Shown here one piece after another: positions 55,301-64,000 of a stretch of DNA of 64,000 bases (position 1 is its first letter; each line of letters opens with the position of its first letter). The DNA lies in the NCBI GenBank assembly GCA_048128005.1, contig JBEUKZ010000125.1, positions 310,001-374,000 of the forward strand, written 5' to 3'. The notes beneath the pieces are model-generated. The model made no database searches and was not told the origin of the DNA. It saw only the letters and a list, made by a program, of their open reading frames with translations. The position numbers and the translations under genes are program-made. This stretch comes from Veleropilina oligotropha. Its lineage: Eukaryota.

Positions 55301-58300
55301 GGGAGCGGTCTCACGGTGAACATGAGATATACCGGCAGTCACACGACTACGAGAGCGGTCTCACGGTGAACATGAGATATACCGGCAGTCACACGACTAC
55401 GAGAGCGGTCTCACAGTGAACATGAGATATACCGGCAGTCACACGACTACGAGAGCGGTCTCACAGTGAACATGAGATATACCGGCAGTCACACGACTAC
55501 GAGAGCGGTCTCACGGTGAACATGAGATATACCGGCAGTCACACGACTACGAGAGCGGTCTCACAGTGAACGTGAGATATACCAGCAGTCACACGACTAT
55601 GAGAGCGGTCTCACGGTGAACATGAGATATACCGGCAGTCACACGACTACGAGAGCGGTCTCACAGTGAACGTGAGATATACCAGCAGTCACACGACTAT
55701 GAGAGCGGTCTCACGGTGAACATGAGATATACCGGCAGTCACACGACTATGAGAGCGGTCTCACGGTGAACATGAGATATACCGGCAGTCACACGACTAC
55801 GAGAGCGGTCTCACAGTGAACGTGAGATATACCAGCAGTCACACGACTATGAGAGCGGTCTCACGGTGAACATGAGATATACCGGCAGTCACACGACTAC
55901 GAGAGTGGTCTCACGGTGAACGTGAGATATACCGGCAGTCACACGACTACGAGAGTGGTCTCACGGTGAACGTGAGATATACCGGCAGTCACACGACTAT
56001 GAGAGCGGTCTCACAGTGAACGTGAGATATACCAGCAGTCACACGACTATGAGAGCGGTCTCACGGTGAACATGAGATATACCGGCAGTCACACGACTAC
56101 GAGAGCGGTCTCACAGTGAACGTGAGATATACCAGCAGTCACACGACTATGAGAGCGGTCTCACGGTGAACATGAGATATACCGGCAGTCACACGACTAC
56201 GAGAGCGGTCTCACAGTGAACGTGAGATATACCAGCAGTCACACGACTATGAGAGCGGTCTCACGGTGAACATGAGATATACCGGCAGTCACACGACTAC
56301 GAGAGTGGTCTCACGGTGAACGTGAGATATACCGGCAGTCACACGACTACGAGAGTGGTCTCACGGTGAACGTGAGATATACCGGCAGTCACACTACTAC
56401 GAGAGCGGTCTCACAGTGAACATGAGATATACCGGCAGTCACACGACTACGAGAGCAGTCTCACAGTGAACATGAGATATACCGGCAGTCACACGACTAC
56501 GAGAGCGGTCTCACAGTGAACATGAGATATACCGGCAGTCACACGACTACGGGAGCGGTCTCACGGTGAACATGAGATATACCGGCAGTCACACGACTAC
56601 GAGAGCGGTCTCACAGTGAACATGAGATATACCGGCAGTCACACGACTACGAGAGCGGTCTCACAGTGAACATGAGATATACCGGCAGTCACACTACTAC
56701 GAGAGCGGTCTCACAGTGAACATGAGATATACCGGCAGTCACACGACTACGAGAGCAGTCTCACAGTGAACATGAGATATACCGGCAGTCACACGACTAC
56801 GAGAGCGGTCTCACAGTGAACATGAGATATACCGGCAGTCACACGACTACGGGAGCGGTCTCACGGTGAACATGAGATATACCGGCAGTCACACGACTAC
56901 GAGAGCGGTCTCACAGTGAACATGAGATATACCGGCAGTCACACGACTACGAGAGCGGTCTCACAGTGAACATGAGATATACCGGCAGTCACACGACTAC
57001 GAGAGCGGTCTCACGGTGAACATGAGATATACCGGCAGTCACACGACTACGAGAGCGGTCTCACAGTGAACGTGAGATATACCAGCAGTCACACGACTAT
57101 GAGAGCGGTCTCACGGTGAACATGAGATATACCGGCAGTCACACGACTACGAGAGCGGTCTCACAGTGAACGTGAGATATACCAGCAGTCACACGACTAT
57201 GAGAGCGGTCTCACGGTGAACATGAGATATACCGGCAGTCACACGACTACGAGAGTGGTCTCACGGTGAACGTGAGATATACCGGCAGTCACACGACTAC
57301 GAGAGTGGTCTCACGGTGAACGTGAGATATACCGGCAGTCACACGACTATGAGAGCGGTCTCACAGTGAACGTGAGATATACCAGCAGTCACACGACTAT
57401 GAGAGCGGTCTCACGGTGAACATGAGATATACCGGCAGTCACACGACTACGAGAGCGGTCTCACAGTGAACGTGAGATATACCAGCAGTCACACGACTAT
57501 GAGAGCGGTCTCACGGTGAACATGAGATATACCGGCAGTCACACGACTACGAGAGCGGTCTCACAGTGAACGTGAGATATACCAGCAGTCACACGACTAT
57601 GAGAGCGGTCTCACGGTGAACATGAGATATACCGGCAGTCACACGACTACGAGAGTGGTCTCACGGTGAACGTGAGATATACCGGCAGTCACACGACTAC
57701 GAGAGTGGTCTCACGGTGAACGTGAGATATACCGGCAGTCACACGACTACGAGAGCGGTCTCACGGTGAACATGAGATATACCGGCAGTCACACGACTAC
57801 GAGAGCGGTCTCACAGTGAACATGAGATATACTGGCAGTCACACGACTACGAGAGCGGTCTCACAGTGAACATGAGATATACCGGCAGTCACACGACTAC
57901 GAGAGCGGTCTCACAGTGAACATGAGATATACCGGCGGTCACACGACTACGAGAGCGGTCTCACGGTGAACATGAGATATACCGGCAGTCACACGACTAC
58001 GAGAGCGGTCTCACAGTGAACATGAGATATACCGGCAGTCACACGACTACGAGAGCGGTCTCACAGTGAACATGAGATATACCGGCAGTCACACGACTAC
58101 GAGAGCGGTCTCACAGTGAACATGAGATATACCGGCAGTCACACAACTACGAGAGCGGTCTCACGGTGAACATGAGATATATCGGCAGTCACACGACTAC
58201 GGGAGCGGTCTCACGGTGAACATGAGATATACCAGCAGTCACACGACTACGAGAGCGGTCTCACGGTGAACATGAGATATACCGGCAGTCACACGACTAC

Positions 58301-61300
58301 GGGAGCGGTCTCACGGTGAACATGAGATATACCAGCAGTCACACGACTACGAGAGCGGTCTCACGGTGAACATGAGATATACCGGCAGTCACACGACTAC
58401 GGGAGCGGTCTCACGGTGAACATGAGATATACCGGCAGTCAAATTGAAGCTTAACGAACAACCTTGTTCTTTAAAGGAGAGATAAGTTGATCATATTATG
58501 TCGCAGTAATATTGGCGTGTACCAAACCATATACATTTGACAGATATTTGAATATTGACTTATATACAATATAAAATAAATTTCTGGTATTCAATTGTTA
58601 TCTTCAATGACATGAGAAAACGATTTCAACATTGTGAGAAATTTGTACATTTTTGCTTTTACTAACCTGCAAATCGACAAATCAGTGGAGTCATTTAGCG
58701 AGTCCAGCTGATTTTTCTCTGCGACTGTCGTCGTGTCCGGCTTGCTGACGGTGTCTGATTTATTCACTGTATCAGAGTCTTTTCGTTCTCTTGATGCCGT
58801 CGAGTCAGATCGCTTTTTTCCTTTTCGCTTTTTTGTTGACTGATAAAAGACATAACAAGATGAAAAGATGCTCTTACTTTCATCGTTCATTTAACTTCAT
58901 TTATCTTCGTGTTAAATCTATGTAAATAGATTTTAAATACGTAATAATGAATTATGAACACAATTGCCAATTATGAACACACACTGGTCGAAGTTGCTGG
59001 AAAATGAAAGTGCCACAGAAGTCCAATGAAAGTTGGACAATGAAATTTGCTATAAAAAGAAAGACTAGAGGTATGCTCCTCATACTGGCCCGCCTTTTGT
59101 ATATAATACATCCATAGAGATTAAATAATCTATAACAAATTTCATAGTAACTGTTGGAAAGTATATTTTACAATAGTTTATATGGCCTTGACCTTTGACC
59201 CAGTGACCCCATCTTTGAACTTGGGCAAGGCCTGATGGTATACACGGTGCAATACCAAGTAGGTCTAGTAGCTAGTCTTCTATGCGACAGAAAGGCATCT
59301 TGCAAGTCCAAAACAGTAATACACGAAAATGACCTTGACCTTTGAACTTACGATAGGCAAGGCCTGATGGCACACAAGGTGTATACCAAATATGAAAGGC
59401 GTAGGTCTAGCAGTTTGTCTTCTATGTGACAGAAAGCGATCAGTGGAAACCGACGCCGATCAGTGGACGCCGACAGACGCCAGTCCACGACTATAGCCCT
59501 GCCTAACAGGCGGACCAAAAATCAACATGATCATGAAATTTTGTAAACAGCTTCATAATCAAAGTGCTGAAGCACTGAAAAGTCGGAAAGCGAAAGAGTA
59601 TTGATTTCGCAACATGAACATACTTTTGTCAAAGTTCCAATAGCTTACGAAGTAGTATTTTGAATAACATACATAACAGCATGGTGGGAATTAAAAATAA
59701 TTGAGCATTGCCATGGACCTTCATGGCAAATCTTGTTGCTAGACACAATTTTGTTGTCCGAATTTCCAGAAAACAAAAGTGCCTAAATGGTTTTAGATGA
59801 TTAAACTTAATGCCTTTTACTTTCAGTTATCCTTCATTTTTTACCATTTACATTACCCCTTTCCATATTATTAATTGCGATAATCATGAAGGAAATATCC
59901 CTGATAATATACACAAAATGGGATCAGTAAACTGTAATAGTAAATATGATGACTGACCAGCCATCAACTTTTATCCACACCATCTCTTTGGAAGCCTAAT
60001 CAAAATTTGACAAGCCAAACAAAGATATTAAATATCAGTTTATATCACTTCAACCAGTTGTAGCAGTATGATCCTTTTATTTTCTATTTTAAATATAATG
60101 GATATTTTAACTTTCTTTCAACAATATATATATAAATATATATACATTATAATGGTTAATTTACTTTAAACTTGTGTTTTCAATATTACACATTGTTAGC
60201 AAGAAATATATTCCTTCTTTATATTAGTAGGCCCTTTGAACTCGTTAATGAGAAGAAATACTATAGAGCAGTGTGTGTATGGAGTCTGTAATTACTACTA
60301 ATTAGAGCAGCACTGCCCAAAGCAGATAAAATCTTCAAGATAATTCTATGGCACTGTCACCCTTGGCAGAGTTCAATCAATTAAATGACCATATCAGTTC
60401 ATTGACAAATCCAAGAGAACCACACATGTGGCTGTAATCTCTTACATGGAAACTCCCCCCCCCCCCCCCCCCGCGGAACACTTTTATGAATGGAAGAATT
60501 AAATATGAATGTAGGTCACCTATTTACAGCAAATGCTGACATTCCCTCAATTGTAATCCCCTGGGAAAACCATGTTATTTGCAGATATTTCATCACTATT
60601 AGCAGCCTTATTTTTGTACACTTTATTATGATTTGCACAAACATAAACACACAAAGTTGGTAAAATAGTTTTATTATTACTTTTAAGATGTACCATACAC
60701 TAATTTGAGAGAAAACTCGATAATTTATGCAATAAGCAGATAGTGAGAATAACCATGCAAATTCTGCCTGTTTACCGATGCAGTAATTTTTTCCAATCGC
60801 AAGCTACATGTAATTTTGAAACAATCATAGATCAGTATGACACAGTGTAAGAGTTCAGTATGACACAGTGTAAGAGTTTGTTACTAAATATCATAATAGA
60901 TATGGGATATTGTGTATAAATTGAACAAATTCCATTACAGAAGTGGGTGTTACTTGAAACATCGGATGCACAAGTGGTGAAAATGACCAGAAATTTTACG
61001 GACTGTCATTGGACAAAATGTAAATCTGATGACATTTTCCAAAAGCTAGATATATATGTCTTCCGACATTAAAACATGAACAGACAATGAAATCTTATGT
61101 AAAATTGTAAGAAGTCAACACAATCAGCCAAAGGACCATTAACATTATGAAAGTGTATATGAGGCTAACATATGTACAACAAGGCTAGCAGTAGAGATTT
61201 TTTACATAAAATCTGCATAAGACAAGAACAACAGTAAACACTTACCTTTTCTGAGACACATGTAGGACAAGTCCACTTTCTTTGAAGCCTGAAAATACAA

Positions 61301-64000
61301 GACGAAGCTATTCAAGGAAATGAATTTAACTGCTAATAAAAATATACAAAATAAATACAAGGACTAAAATTGTATTCTCCATGAAATCACAGAAGGAAAC
61401 AAATTTTCATAAAAGTTATATAAAATTGTAATATGCCTGAAGATTTTAACATACAATGTGATCAGAATAAATTAATTCATGATCAATGAAAACTAAAGTG
61501 TCGAGAAAATCATGCATGAACAATGAAAAAAGTTCTCTGTTATCAATCATTTTAATACCGTATCATTGCAATAAGATTTGTGAAAAGACTTGTATGTATA
61601 GGTTAGATGGCGGATTGGAGAGTCTTAGCAAAATAGGAGTCGAGCCCGTAGGGCGAGACTACTTTTTGATAAGAGTCTACAAGCTGCCGTCTAACCGACT
61701 TAGAAGCTAATTTCATTTCTCCACACAAATTATTTATAATTATCTAATTTGTTAAACTATTTATGTTATCGAAACACATATTTATTACAAAATAATTAGC
61801 TTTTTTACCAATATATCAAAAAGATCCATATTAACATTACAACCTGTCACCCCTATTCTTAATAATGGGTAAGGCATCGCAAACAATAGACCTGCAAAGT
61901 GCCGTCTTCAGCAATAATTGACGAGAAATACTGCTCTCTCATTGGCCGAGAAATGAAATTGGCTTCTAAATTATTTTATTTGCAATAAACAAGAGGCCTT
62001 TCGACCTATAGATCTCCGCTGGAAATGGTTCGTCAATATAGGCAAACAACTTTAGAAATTTGGGCAGCACTTCCCCAAGTAATAACACACCAAAGTAGTA
62101 ACATTGACGAAGTCCAAATTCCGAATGTCAGCAAAACTGGGACGTACATTTTTCTAATATTTACAGGATACGTTAAACACATCATAAGGAAGGCTCATGC
62201 CAAGTAAGAAAAAAAGTTATCAGACAGTTTCAGAGATATTCACATTTGAATGCAAAACTTGTCGCAGAAGTGGATTTTCTAAGTCCAAAAAGGTAAATTT
62301 CGGAAGAATTTTCTAATAATTTCAGGATATGTTCAGAACATCATGAGGGCCAATGCCAAATTAGAAAAAAGTTATTTGTAGTCAAAACTTGTCACAGAAG
62401 TGGATTTAGTCCAAAAAGGTAAATTTCGGAAAAACGAGACGTAGAATTTCCTAATATTTTCAAGAAATGTTCAGAACATCATAGGGAAGGTTCATGCGAA
62501 AGTACAAAAAAAGTTATCAGACAGTTTTCAAGATATTCACATTTCAAGCAAAAGTTGATGCCGGACGACAGACGATGGACGGAGTGGTATCAGTAAAGCT
62601 CCGCTGAATACGTCATAGCGGAGCTAAAAACTGTTTAAAACTTATAAACAAAGATCAGTCGGTTTCATTAAGCTTTTCTCGTGCATTTTGTATTAATGAA
62701 AAAGTCATCTTGACATTTTCTCAAATGACGTGGTCGCACCTAGACAGCGGCGGGTCTATACAGTCGATATGGAACGCTCGCGGACACTGGTTACACTCCG
62801 CCAGCTTTCCGTTCCGTTTCCCGCACACGATGCAGTGAGACATGCCAGTCGCCTTAAATACAGAAATAAAACGTGTCTAAAGTATTCAAAACAATATCAT
62901 GTAATTACAGTCTGAGCTAAATAATCAATATAAAAGTAGTGTGATTTTGTCTTTACACATAACCTATGATCTTCTATCAATGCATTAACAATGTTTTATA
63001 ATTTTTTATAATGTACCAAACTTTAAAATTGAGCCATATAAATTAATATTTCATTAGGTTCACACGTTAATAACGAACGAAGTTCGTCCTATAGATTAGG
63101 GACACGACCACAATATCTACACATACCTGTGCATACCTTGCAACTTGAACCGGATGGTCACGAATTGACCACTGCGCAAACTCGAGTCAGCCATGTTTCG
63201 AAGGAAATTCGGTATTTTTACATTGGAGTACCAAAATCTTGCACCATCGAGATATGCAAAACAACGTAATTACGGACAACGGCCGATTTTAAACTTCAAA
63301 TTATCCAAGTACAATAACATTAATAACGCGACAAATTGATATAAACCCATTGCTATCGTCTGTGCATATATCTTTTTCTGCAAGAATGGCGTGATGTTTT
63401 GATAATTGTGACGTCAGAGAAAATGCGTAGCTAAGCAACAATGAGTGACGTCGCGGAATGTGTGTCAGCTTACACTAGACGTTATGAATAAGAAGACAGG
63501 GTACGGATTTCATAATTTTTATTTGTGTATAATCCCTATTCTGCGTTCGTATCTAGGTGCTACCTACAACATATTATTTCTACTCGAAACTATTGACTTT
63601 GAGAGTTTCTATGTCTATCCTTCTGAGTATTAATTACCGATTCCAGTAAAGCAGAAATACTTGAACATTATATTATGATTAACTTAACATTTGCCTACTA
63701 TTGTACATGTCATAAGGGGCCTGCCTACTACGTACATGTCATAAGGGGCCTGCCTACTATCGTACATGTCATAAGGGTCTGCCTACTATCGTGCATGTCA
63801 TAAGGGGCCTGCCTACTATCGTACATGTCATAAGGGGCCTGCCTACTATCGTACATGTCATAAGGGGCCTGCCTACTATTGTACATGTCATAAGGGGCCT
63901 GCCTACTATCGTACATGTCATAAGGGGTCTGCCTACTATCGTCATTGTCATAAGGGGCCTGCCTACCTTCGTCACACACTCATAGCAGTACCAGTCACCA
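49333..64000 (-). CDS. BAZ2B: 3' part of a BAZ2B/toutatis-like gene (PHD, PHD, bromodomain); exons >64000-63967, 62852-62740, 61288-61246, 58839-58667, 50546-50403, 49501-49333
   Basis: GDWYCYECVTK | ATGMSHCIVCGKRNGKLAECNQCPRAFHIDCIDPPLSR | LQRKWTCPTCVSEK | linker | WPFLQPVNFKQFPTYKKYIKQPMDFTTMRNKL | DMRLIFDNCKMFNEDESEVGEAGHTMRKYFEKRW; GT-AG introns with consistent phases. Confidence 0.85.
50588..50912 (-). mobile_element. SINE, family A-related, whose 5' head runs into the 50-bp satellite
   Basis: Minus strand reads GTCGACTCTGACATCACTGGCTCGATT...GGGTTCGAATCTC...GGACATGTCCTGCCCTGAAC...GGACATTAAGCAT. Confidence 0.8.
50888..58441. repeat. 50-bp satellite, ~151 copies (~7.5 kb), inside a BAZ2B intron
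   Basis: Unit ACACGACTACGAGAGCGGTCTCACGGTGAACATGAGATATACCGGCAGTC; no indels seen. Confidence 0.98.
59064..59520 (-). mobile_element. Short, diverged copy of the 158-bp HINE-like family
   Basis: Both termini match 8316-11319 in reverse; only ~2 internal units. Confidence 0.8.
61990..62630 (-). mobile_element. HINE-like element with degenerate internal repeats
   Basis: AACAAGAGGCC start; (GACG)-type tract; AGCTCCGCT...AGCGGAGCTAAAAA end. Confidence 0.55.
63692..63966. repeat. 30-bp minisatellite, ~9 copies, starting at a BAZ2B splice donor
   Basis: Unit GCCTACTATCGTACATGTCATAAGGGGCCT. Confidence 0.95.

Noticed and set aside
50888..58441. CRISPR-like appearance of the short regular repeats (also 39681-41924)
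   Set aside because: No unique spacers and no cas genes; plain head-to-tail tandem repeats in a eukaryotic intron

Overview
AT-rich, intron- and repeat-rich animal (invertebrate, possibly lophotrochozoan) genomic DNA; not prokaryotic and no CRISPR. It holds two convergent spliced host genes, both assembled by hand from GT-AG sites with consistent phases. One is a complete ATF2/ATF7/CREB5-family bZIP gene (+, 10 coding exons, 14263-33900). The other is the 3' end of a BAZ2B/toutatis-like PHD-PHD-bromodomain gene (-, 49333 to beyond 64000). The rest is mostly mobile DNA: a degenerate Gypsy remnant, L2/CR1-type LINE fragments, many tRNA-derived SINEs, Helentron-like elements with 158/166-bp internal arrays, TIR MITEs with 5-bp TSDs, and several satellites. 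The first highlight is a ~3-kb intron-containing tyrosine-recombinase (Crypton/DUF3504-type) element inserted cleanly into a SINE. Its subterminal palindrome is completed only in the predicted excised circle, and a non-coding element at 31.2-31.7 kb shares this layout. The second highlight is three independent satellites (36, 49 and 50 bp; the last ~7.5 kb) grown from SINE ends, with early head duplications and an inversion visible in other SINE copies.
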